A stretch of DNA of 46,227 nucleotides, the filler included, from Sphingomonadaceae bacterium (GTDB lineage: Bacteria > Chloroflexota > UBA6077), in the NCBI GenBank assembly GCA_050261575.1. It is 3 parts of 3 records of this genome, joined end to end, with 100 filler letters (N's around TTAATTAATTAA, not from the genome) between each part and the next. Parts side by side here need not be neighbours in the genome. Positions count along the whole stretch, not along the records: positions 22,201 to 33,425 come from JBLNDL010000101.1; positions 33,526 to 46,227 come from JBLNDL010000103.1; 1 more part is not named here. One strand, written 5' to 3'. Below are positions 28,348-36,499 of this stretch, piece after piece. Position numbers and translations under genes: made by a program. Numbering within the stretch: position 1 is the first letter of the stretch; each line of letters starts with the position of its first letter. The notes under the pieces were generated by a model. It saw only the letters and a list, made by a program, of their open reading frames with translations. It had not been told where the DNA came from and did no database searches.

Positions 28348-29454
28348 TCAGTCCTCAGCCCTCTGTCCTTCACCTTTCAGGGCGGCCAGGTAATGCTCGA
28401 CGGCTCGCCTCAACTGCCCTGCACGGACGAGCACGTCCCCGGCCTGCCACTGGGCGAGCCGCCCTTGCAGGTCGGCGCCCTCCGAGGCCGCGGGACTCCC
28501 CCTGCCCCTCACCCACTCACCCTCCAGTTGGTCTTCCGGGAGACCGAAGAGTTCGGGCTCCTCCGCTTCATCCTCCCAGTAGTCCCCGTCCTCGCCCTCG
28601 TCCTCCTCGTCCTCCGGCGAAGGCTCCACGTTCGCCCCCGCCACCCCGATCGTCTCCGCAGGACCCAGCCGGCCGATCGCTTCCCACAGCTCCCTCTCGG
28701 GGATCTCCGGCTCCTCTCCGACCCTGGGAAAGGGCAACCCTGCCTGCAGGAAGAGCCGACGAGCTACCGTGTTGCCCGATTCCAATTCTGCGGTCTTGCG
28801 CAGGATGTCGAGGCACCGAGCCTCACCTCGCACGAAGGCTGCGCCCGCCACGATCGCCAGAGCCTTGAGGCAGTCGGGGTGGGCCACCAAGACCTTCTCC
28901 GCCACCTCCGCGGCCTCCTCCAACCGACCCGAGAGCCACAGCGCCTGAGCCAACCCCACGGCGATCTCCGCCGCTGCCGGACGGCCTCGCAACGCGTCCT
29001 CGAAGAAGGGGATGGACCGCCGGTACTGCTTCCTTCGCAGCAAGCGCCGCGCGATGGCGTGCTGCGAGAGCGCCGCGTCGGCCGGCCGGGTGTGGCTCAG
29101 CCGGGCGTGGAGCTGGCTGATCTCCTCGGCCACCTGCCGGTTCGAGCTGTCCAGGGCGAACACCCTCTCGAAATCGTCGAGGGCCTGGTCCAGGTCGCCG
29201 TCTTCCTCCTCCATGAGGGCAAGCCCGGAGCGGGCCAGGCGGCTCTCCGGATCGACCTCGAGCAGCTCCGCGAAACACTCCCGGGCCTCCAGGCGGCGGC
29301 CGCACGCCAGGTGGATCTGCCCCAGCAATCCCGTGGTCCGCACGTCGTGGGGGGAGTGCCGCCGGATCAGCTCGGCCAACTCCAGCGCCAGGGGATACTC
29401 GCCCGCGGCCGCGGCTGCCTTCGCCCGATCGCGTACGCTCTTGAGAGTGGCCAT
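28348..29454 (-). CDS. Tetratricopeptide-repeat protein with an acidic linker
   Basis: Repeated TPR-like helices (LGQIHL..G...EA...F...LE.DP) and a D/E-rich stretch. Confidence 0.75.
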   Translation of the reverse strand: MATLKSVRDRAKAAAAAGEYPLALELAELIRRHSPHDVRTTGLLGQIHLACGRRLEARECFAELLEVDPESRLARSGLALMEEEDGDLDQALDDFERVFALDSSNRQVAEEISQLHARLSHTRPADAALSQHAIARRLLRRKQYRRSIPFFEDALRGRPAAAEIAVGLAQALWLSGRLEEAAEVAEKVLVAHPDCLKALAIVAGAAFVRGEARCLDILRKTAELESGNTVARRLFLQAGLPFPRVGEEPEIPERELWEAIGRLGPAETIGVAGANVEPSPEDEEDEGEDGDYWEDEAEEPELFGLPEDQLEGEWVRGRGSPAASEGADLQGRLAQWQAGDVLVRAGQLRRAVEHYLAALKGEGQRAED

Positions 29455-29519
29455 CTTCGGCAAGCTCCGGTTCCGGAGATGGTGGGTCGCGCACCATTAT
29501 AACGGGTGCTGCACATCGC

Positions 29520-29737
29520 CGCGCAGCGCGCACAGGGACCGCGGGCGGCTGCAGGATCCGCTCGCAGTGAGATACTGCCTGCTCTCTGTGCGCGCAGCGC
29601 GCACAGGGACCGCGGGCGGCTGCAGGGGCGGACCTGCGTGTCCGCCCAGCCGGGCGCAGGCGACGGGGGCGCGCACAGCGTGACGCGAGCGTGCCCGCGA
29701 GGCTGTGCTCGCTCGCCTCGCGGGCACGGCCCCTACC
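29520..29737. repeat. 36-bp direct repeat (two copies) plus REP/REPIN-like element, copy B
   Basis: CGCGCAGCGCGCACAGGGACCGCGGGCGGCTGCAGG at 29520 and 29591, then GGGGCGGACCTGCGTGTCCGCCC ... GCCCCTAC. Confidence 0.75.
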
Positions 29738-29875
29738 GATGGGACGGTGATGGCAATACCGCATCACGCGCTTATTGCCCTGCGGCCACCTGAGCTGGAG
29801 CGTGGCGACGAGAAGTCGCTGCCCCGCGGAGACACCCCCCCGAAAAACGCGCGTTATGATAGCATAGTGGCCGCT

Positions 29876-30544
29876 ATGGCAGGCCTGAAACCGCACTACG
29901 ACGAGGCGTACTACCGCAGCCGCGAAGGGTGGCCCGACTTCCGCCGGGAGGCCGAATCGCTGCTGGAGCTTGCGAGACTCTCCCCCGATGCCCGAGTGCT
30001 GGAGCTGGGCTGCGGAGGTGGAGAGCTCCTCGCCCGCCTGGAAAGGCGCGCCCGCCTCGCCGTGGGGGTCGACCTCTCCCCCGAGGGACTGCGCCTCGCC
30101 CGACTGGGCGGGCGGGCGTCGGTGCTGGGCGCGAGGGTGGAGTCGCTGCCCTTCCGGGCCGGAAGCTTCGACGCGATCGTGGCCCAGCACCTGATCGAGC
30201 ACCTGCACTACCCGCTGGAGGCGATGAGAGAGTGGCATCGGGTGCTTCGCCCAGGGGGAGTCCTGGCGCTGGTCACCCCCAACGCCGCCCATCCCGACCC
30301 CAGCCTGTTCTACGACCCCACCCACGTCAGCCTGTTCACCCGGGCTTCGCTGCGATCCGCGCTGGAGGCCGCGGGCTTCCGGGCAACCCACCTCTACACC
30401 CTGTTCCCGTACCTGGGCAGGGGCCGCCTGGCGCGCGCCGCCAGCATCCGCCTAGCCCCCCTTGCCCTCCACCTGCCGGCGCTGCGGGGCAGCGGGCGAT
30501 CGCTGGTGGCGGCGGCGGTGAAGGAACCCCAGCCCTCCCCCTGA
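29876..30544 (+). CDS. Class I SAM-dependent methyltransferase
   Basis: VLELGCGGG, GVDLS, LPF..GSFD, HLIEHL, RVLRPGG, TPN, DPTH. Start is uncertain: GTG 29867 could be leaderless after TATGAT. Confidence 0.88.
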   Translation: MAGLKPHYDEAYYRSREGWPDFRREAESLLELARLSPDARVLELGCGGGELLARLERRARLAVGVDLSPEGLRLARLGGRASVLGARVESLPFRAGSFDAIVAQHLIEHLHYPLEAMREWHRVLRPGGVLALVTPNAAHPDPSLFYDPTHVSLFTRASLRSALEAAGFRATHLYTLFPYLGRGRLARAASIRLAPLALHLPALRGSGRSLVAAAVKEPQPSP

Positions 30545-30565
30545 CCCTCTCCCTCTGGGAGAGGG
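30533..30565. repeat. CCCTC..ACCCTCTCCC-N-GGGAGAGGG palindromic element
   Basis: Hairpin CCCTCTCCC-TCT-GGGAGAGGG between convergent genes. Confidence 0.55.
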
Positions 30566-30602
30566 AATCCCCGACTCCCCCGTCCCCCCATCCCCGCGCC
30601 CC

Positions 30603-31910
30603 TCACCCCCCGATCCCCCACGCGCTCGCCACCGAGACCACCACCAGGGCCACGGAGAACACCGACACGACGATCACGGTGATCCAGCCGAGAAGCGCGT
30701 ACACCGGCCCGTTGGCGTAGCTGCCCAGAACCTCCCGACTGCCGGCAAGCCGGACTACGGAGAACAGGATGATGGGAAGCAGGATCCCGTTCACCACCTG
30801 GGCCAGGATCAGCAGCGGGATGAGCGGAAGACCCGGTATCAGAGTGACGGCCACCCCCAGGACGATCAGCCCGGTGAAGATCCCCATGAAGGCCGGAGCC
30901 TCCCGGAAGGTGCGAGACACCCCTCTCTCCAGCCCCAGCGCCTCGCTGATGGGGTAGGCGGTAGCCAGGGGCAGCACACCCGCGGCCAGAAGCGACGCCC
31001 CCAGCAGGCCGACGGCGAAGATCACCCCCGCGAGCGGTCCCGCCAGGGGGGTCAATGCCTGGGCCGCGTCCGCCGCCGTCTCGACCGTGATCCCTTGCGG
31101 ATGGAGGGTGGCGGCCGCGGTGACGATGATGAAGAAGGCGAGTGTGTTGGAGAAGAGGACCCCCAGGTAGGCGTCTGCCCGCTCCCAGCCGTAGTGTTCC
31201 AGATCCACCCCCTTCTCCACCGTCGCCGATTGGACGAAGATCTGCATGTAGGGGGTGATGGTGGTGCCCAGCATGGCCATCAGGGTGAAGAGATAACCAG
31301 GCTCCAGATGGAAGGAGGGCGAGAGGATGTGCCGGCCAACCTCGCTCCAGTCGGGAGCGACCAGGAAGACGGTGATGGGATAGGCGAGAAGGACCAGGGT
31401 CATGAGAAGGAAGACCTTCTCCACGCGGTGGTAGGAGCCCCACACCACCAGCACCCAGATGGATATGCCTGCCAGGGGAACGGAGATGTACTTGCTCACC
31501 CCCAGCAACTCCATGGAGGCAGCCACACCGGCGAACTCCGACACCACCGTAGCGCCGTTCGCCACCAGCAGCGTCAAGATGGAGACCGCAGTCCAGCGGA
31601 TGCCGAAGTGCTCGCGGATCAGATCGGCCAGCCCCTGCCCAGTCACCGCCCCCAGGCGGGTGGACATCTCCTGCACGAGCGAGAGGCTCACCGTCATGAG
31701 GGCCAGGGCCCACAGGAGTTGGTAGCCGTAGGAGGCGCCGACGGAGGCGTAGGTAGCCACCCCACCGGCATCGACTCCAGCGATGGCAGCGATCAGCCCG
31801 GGCCCCATGAGCCCCAGGTAGAACAGCAGTTGTCGGAGCCTGTCGGCTCTCGGACGGGGCGGAGTCTCCCCCGCTATCTGGACTGGCTCCTCTTCCGCTG
31901 GTACTCTCAT
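30603..31910 (-). CDS. NRAMP-related divalent metal transporter (NRMT-like, probably Mg2+/Mn2+)
   Basis: MGPGLI, DAGG in place of DPGN, QEMSTRLG.VTG.GL, GTTITPY in place of GATIMPH. Confidence 0.88.
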   Translation of the reverse strand: MRVPAEEEPVQIAGETPPRPRADRLRQLLFYLGLMGPGLIAAIAGVDAGGVATYASVGASYGYQLLWALALMTVSLSLVQEMSTRLGAVTGQGLADLIREHFGIRWTAVSILTLLVANGATVVSEFAGVAASMELLGVSKYISVPLAGISIWVLVVWGSYHRVEKVFLLMTLVLLAYPITVFLVAPDWSEVGRHILSPSFHLEPGYLFTLMAMLGTTITPYMQIFVQSATVEKGVDLEHYGWERADAYLGVLFSNTLAFFIIVTAAATLHPQGITVETAADAAQALTPLAGPLAGVIFAVGLLGASLLAAGVLPLATAYPISEALGLERGVSRTFREAPAFMGIFTGLIVLGVAVTLIPGLPLIPLLILAQVVNGILLPIILFSVVRLAGSREVLGSYANGPVYALLGWITVIVVSVFSVALVVVSVASAWGIGG

Positions 31911-33151
31911 CCGAGCAGCCGCGGTAGCCGACGCCTCCAGCGTTCGGGCAGCATCTCCTCCACGACGTCGTCCGCGGCAACGATGCCGAGTACCCTGCCC
32001 TCGTCATCCACCACCGGCATGACAGGCAGGTCGTACTCTGCCATCTTCCGAGCCACCTCGGAGGTGCCGGTATCCGGTCCCACGGTGGGCACGTCCCGCG
32101 CCATGAAGCGGCTCAGCCGATCCCCTGGATCCGCCACCACCACGTCCAGCAGCGACACCATGCCGACCAGCCGGTCGCTCCCTGGCCGCTCCAGCACGAG
32201 CAGGTGGGTGACGGTCTCCGGCCGGTCCTCCATCCGCCGCAGCAGCCCCAGGGTCTGGGAGACCGTCCAGTTCTGCGGGGCAGCCACGAAGCGGCTGGTC
32301 ATGAGCCCACCCGCAGTGCCCTCGCGGTACTCCATCAGGGCCTGGACGTCCCTGGCCTCCTCGTCTTCCATCCGGTGGAGCAGGTCGCCAGCGTCCTCCG
32401 GGTCGAGCTTGGCGAGCAGATCGGCCGCGTCGTCCGGCTCCATCTCCTCCAGGATGTCCGCGGCCCGCTCCTCGTCCAGGTTCCGCAGGACTCCCGCCTG
32501 GTGCTCCTCGGACAGCTCGCTGATCACCTCCGCGGCGTCCTCGTCCTCCAGCGATTCCACGATGTCTGCCCCCTGGCGCGTGGGCAGCTCGTCCACGATG
32601 TGGGCCACCTCCACGGGATGCAGCCGGGCCAGCAGAGGGAACGTCGCCTTCACCTCGGGCGCCGCCTCGGAGGGCAGCCACTCCACGTCCGCCCAGTCCA
32701 CCAGGTCGGTCCCGCCGAAGGCCGAGGCGAGCCACCGAGGCGCCAGCCGGCGCAGGAGGGCCGCGAACCCCACATCCACGGCCGCCACCGCGAGGCGCTC
32801 CTGGATCCACTCCAGCACCACGTCGTTGACGCGGATCACTTTTCGGCGCCGAACGTCGATCATGCGGTGATCCATGAGGTCCCCGGCGAGCAGTATCTCC
32901 TGCGGCCGGCGGCCGAAAGGCTGGAAGTTCACCTGGTAGGAGGAGAGCCTCACACCTGCTCGATCCAGCTCGACCACCTGCTGCCAGGGAACGAAGAACG
33001 GACGCCTGCCCACCCGGGCCACCAGCCCCCCGACCACCAGCCGGTGGTCGCGCCGCCAGCGGCCCACCAGGTCGCTCAGAGCGGCGATCCTCTCGCCACC
33101 CGCGTCCCTGACGGGTGTGCCCAGAAGCTGTGACAGCAGAAGCATCGCCAT
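31907..33151 (-). CDS. MgtE-type cytosolic protein (PRC-barrel, MgtE N-domain, CBS pair) without TM domain
   Basis: LHPVEVA, MEPDDAADLL, TAGGLMT, PVVD..G.VLGIV..DD. ATGA overlap with the NRAMP gene. Start is 33151 or 33145. Confidence 0.88.
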   Translation of the reverse strand: MAMLLLSQLLGTPVRDAGGERIAALSDLVGRWRRDHRLVVGGLVARVGRRPFFVPWQQVVELDRAGVRLSSYQVNFQPFGRRPQEILLAGDLMDHRMIDVRRRKVIRVNDVVLEWIQERLAVAAVDVGFAALLRRLAPRWLASAFGGTDLVDWADVEWLPSEAAPEVKATFPLLARLHPVEVAHIVDELPTRQGADIVESLEDEDAAEVISELSEEHQAGVLRNLDEERAADILEEMEPDDAADLLAKLDPEDAGDLLHRMEDEEARDVQALMEYREGTAGGLMTSRFVAAPQNWTVSQTLGLLRRMEDRPETVTHLLVLERPGSDRLVGMVSLLDVVVADPGDRLSRFMARDVPTVGPDTGTSEVARKMAEYDLPVMPVVDDEGRVLGIVAADDVVEEMLPERWRRRLPRLLG

Positions 33152-33425
33152 TCTCCTCCCAGCGGGGGGCGCCACGATCCCCCGGTGTCGAGCGGGCTCT
33201 GCAAGGTCCAGCCCCGCCTTGCACCAGAAACGCCCCTGCAAGATCGGCGCTTTCGGCAGAATCCAGGCCGATGAGCACCTTTCCTCACACAACGTGCCAG
33301 ATGAACCATCGGAGGCAGACCGTTGCCAGACTTGACATCCACCCCCCTCGTGGATAACCACCGCCGGCCATCGAGCCCGGCAAGGCCACACTCGATCCGG
33401 AATCGCTGTCGCGCGGGTTCTTCGA

Positions 33426-33525
33426 NNNNNNNNNNNNNNNNNNNNNNNNNNNNNNNNNNNNNNNNNNNNTTAATTAATTAANNNNNNNNNNNNNNNNNNN
33501 NNNNNNNNNNNNNNNNNNNNNNNNN
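33426..33525. other. Artificial contig linker
   Basis: N run, TTAATTAATTAA, N run. Confidence 0.99.
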
Positions 33526-33773
33526 TGTTAAGGCCCCGGGCGGCGGGGCGGGGGCGCCGGGGGGGGGCGGGGGCCCCCCCTGCCCTGCCCCGGTCGAGCC
33601 CACCTTCCAGGAACCGGTCCGGGCTCCCACGTCTCCGGCAACCGCTACCCGCGTGAATCAGTGGGTGTTTGGACGGCGTGCCTCCTCCTCGCTGGACGAG
33701 ACGTCGCCGCCCCAACGGCGCTGTCCTTCGAGCGGGCTATGGCGCAGGTGAGTCCCATTCCCGCGGAGTGGAC

Positions 33774-36260
33774 TCACGGCAACACCAAGTAGTCGCCATC
33801 TCTCAGCGCCGTGGAGGGGAGGCCATTGACCATCACCTGGGCAGCGTCCACCCCAGGCGCGTAGACGCTCACCCCACTCAACCCCTGCCCGAAGACCTGC
33901 AATGCCGAGCCCTGGTACTCCACCTCGACGGCCTCGATCGGGCCGGGAGCACGGATCAACTGCCTGGAGCCCTGGCCGTCGGCCAGCAGGCTTCCATCCC
34001 CCAGGAACAGCCGGTGCAGATCCCCGGATTCGCCCTTGGCCACGCTCGCCACCCGGCCATCCAGCACGTAGTCCCCGATGCCCTCGACCCCCTCCATCCG
34101 GAAGCCGATCAGATGATCCTGGACGCCGTTCAGCCGCACCCGCACCCCCGTGACCCTGCCGGTGTCGCCGAGGGTCGTGATCTCCGGCTTGCTCCCCCAG
34201 TCCGCCTCGTCCGTGGGGTAGAGGACGGTGACGAACCGGAGATCGGTGGCCGGAGACGTCGGGCTGATGCGGACGAAGGGCTTGCCGTCGTCGCCGGTGG
34301 TGGCGGCAAACTGGGCTGGACTCACCACTTTGACCCCCAGCCGCTGCCCAGCGCCGGCCTTCCCCTTCACCCAGTCCCCCTCCACTGCCACCGGGCCGCC
34401 AAAATGGGATACCCACTCGTATCCTCGGGGCGATGGCGCTCGAAGACTGTCCACCATCACGAGGTAATCCGGCCTGGCGAAGAGAACGTAGCGCCTGAAC
34501 TCGTCGACCATCTGGCCGGCCGGCTTCCCATCGCTGGGATCTGCGAACCGATATCGGCGCGTGGCGTCCCCCACCAGGTAGCTGAAGCCCCGGGTCTCGC
34601 CCACCCGCTCCAGCCGGCCGTCCGTCCCGTGAAACAGGGACGGATCCTCACCGAAGTATTCGTGTGGCCCGAATGTCTCCGGCGCCCGGTACTGTCCCTG
34701 CCCGTCGATCAGCACGGAGTTGTGGTACCCCGTCCCCGTTAGCCCGACGCCCACCACCTCCGAGGCCAGGTCGGTCTTGCCCCTATAGAGGAAGAAGCTG
34801 TTGGCGTCGTCGTGGTCGTGGCCGGTGTTGAACTTCTCGAAACCCACGGACGGGTCGAAAGGATACTGCTTACCGTTGGTCCACCTGTCGAAAGCGAACC
34901 TGCCGCCCGGGGCTCCCGTCTTGAAGCCAAAGACGAGGTCGTCTTCACCCCAGCCGGTTCGCCACACGACACCCTCCAGGTCTGGGAAGGTGCGGGACAA
35001 TGGCAACTCCTCGGGGCTCCTCGTGCCCACGGACGGGTCGTAATAGAGAAACTCGAACACGTACCACGGCGCGAAGTAGACGCCGGCGGGTCGACCGGCG
35101 TTCGCCGCCATCTCACGGGCCATCCATTCGGCCCATCCGTCCCGATACTCTCGCGCGGCAAAGCGCAGGGTGCCCGCCGGGCCGTAAGGGACCTCCCACC
35201 CCCAGTCGAAGTCGGCGTAGGAGAGCGCAAACCGCTTGGAGCCCGGCAGGCTGTTGTAGACCCTCCAGTAGATGTGGTTCCGAAGGTAGGTATGGGGAAC
35301 GAGATCCAGGCCTTTCAGCCTTCGCAGACTATCGACGAAGGGCAGCATCATCGCGTTGCCGTAGTCCTGATAAGGGATCCCCTCGTGCCAACTTCCGTCG
35401 GCGGTCCCCTCGAGGAGGAAGTGCACCTTGGCCAGGTGGGAGACGGCATCCTCCAACCACTGGCTTGCGCGGGCGTCCTCCCCCTCCAGGACGAGGGCCG
35501 CCACGCCCAACGCGCTGTGGTTGGTCCAGCTATGGTTCTGGATGTACGCCCGCGTCCACCAACTGCCCCACTCGCCGGCGGTGGATACGCTCGCCTCGTG
35601 GGATTCCTGTGCCCTCTGAGCGAGCTTCTCCTGGAGTACGGACCTGTCCTCGGGGGACAGATCGTTGTACAGCCAGTCGTACGCTATGGCGCTCCCGAGA
35701 AGGAGATGGTGAAACCCGAGATCGCGCTCCCCGTACCCGTTCTCGTCGCCCCAGTGGCGCCACCCAGCGTAGGCAAACAGGTGGCGACGGGCGAGGTCCA
35801 GGTAAGCGGGATCGCCGGTGATCACGTAGGCGAAGGCTAGAACGATCAGCCGGTTGCCGGCGTTGCGGAACCCGTCGAGGTCGCCCTCCGCGGGCATGCG
35901 CGGGATGGGGGTCCGGCGCTCCCCCTCGGCAGATGCCAGAATGGGAGCCCAGATCTCGGCATGCGTGGTCGCGGCCTGTGCGCGCAGCCTGGACACATCC
36001 GAGCCAGAGAACAGAATCCTCGGGTGCTCCCAGCGCTGTGCCTTCTGCACCGGAGCAAACGCGACCCGCTCGGCGAGAGGCGTTGGGACGAGGCCGGCCT
36101 CGTCGACGAGAGACGTCGAGAGGAGTCCGGCCTGGCCAGCCGGAGAGTCACGCGAGCCCCCGAGCAGGATGGATACGTACCAGCCACCGAGCGCGACCGC
36201 AAGGGCCATCCCCGCCGGCAAGAGAACCCGCCAGCGACCGGTTCTTCGAGAACGAGTCAT
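33774..36260 (-). CDS. Membrane-anchored heparinase II/III-like polysaccharide lyase (DUF4962 plus Hepar_II_III)
   Basis: N-terminal TM. HPRILF, QNHSW, DGSWHEG..YQDY, HDHDDANSF, YHNSVLIDG.GQ. Confidence 0.8.
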   Translation of the reverse strand: MTRSRRTGRWRVLLPAGMALAVALGGWYVSILLGGSRDSPAGQAGLLSTSLVDEAGLVPTPLAERVAFAPVQKAQRWEHPRILFSGSDVSRLRAQAATTHAEIWAPILASAEGERRTPIPRMPAEGDLDGFRNAGNRLIVLAFAYVITGDPAYLDLARRHLFAYAGWRHWGDENGYGERDLGFHHLLLGSAIAYDWLYNDLSPEDRSVLQEKLAQRAQESHEASVSTAGEWGSWWTRAYIQNHSWTNHSALGVAALVLEGEDARASQWLEDAVSHLAKVHFLLEGTADGSWHEGIPYQDYGNAMMLPFVDSLRRLKGLDLVPHTYLRNHIYWRVYNSLPGSKRFALSYADFDWGWEVPYGPAGTLRFAAREYRDGWAEWMAREMAANAGRPAGVYFAPWYVFEFLYYDPSVGTRSPEELPLSRTFPDLEGVVWRTGWGEDDLVFGFKTGAPGGRFAFDRWTNGKQYPFDPSVGFEKFNTGHDHDDANSFFLYRGKTDLASEVVGVGLTGTGYHNSVLIDGQGQYRAPETFGPHEYFGEDPSLFHGTDGRLERVGETRGFSYLVGDATRRYRFADPSDGKPAGQMVDEFRRYVLFARPDYLVMVDSLRAPSPRGYEWVSHFGGPVAVEGDWVKGKAGAGQRLGVKVVSPAQFAATTGDDGKPFVRISPTSPATDLRFVTVLYPTDEADWGSKPEITTLGDTGRVTGVRVRLNGVQDHLIGFRMEGVEGIGDYVLDGRVASVAKGESGDLHRLFLGDGSLLADGQGSRQLIRAPGPIEAVEVEYQGSALQVFGQGLSGVSVYAPGVDAAQVMVNGLPSTALRDGDYLVLP

Positions 36261-36499
36261 CTACAACCCAACCCTTACCACTTCGAATACGGAGTGCCCC
36301 TGTTCAACCAACTACCGGCAGAACTCCTGCACGTGGGGTGCCAGATCGGAGACACGTTCTCGTGTAGAATTGCCCTGGAAGGGGGAAAGCCTGGACTGTG
36401 TGAGGGAAACGAGGGCCGGGGAGCGCCATGGCTCGCTCGCCATAGCGCTCTCCGGCCCTCGGACAGGCCACCGAACTGGAGACTCCTGCGGAGAAGGGG

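Noticed and set aside
29520..29626. CRISPR array
   Set aside because: Only two repeats, no leader, no cas gene and no typical repeat terminus.
33152..33425. M-box or yybP-ykoY riboswitch before the metal transporter pair
   Set aside because: I could not find the conserved motifs of either family.
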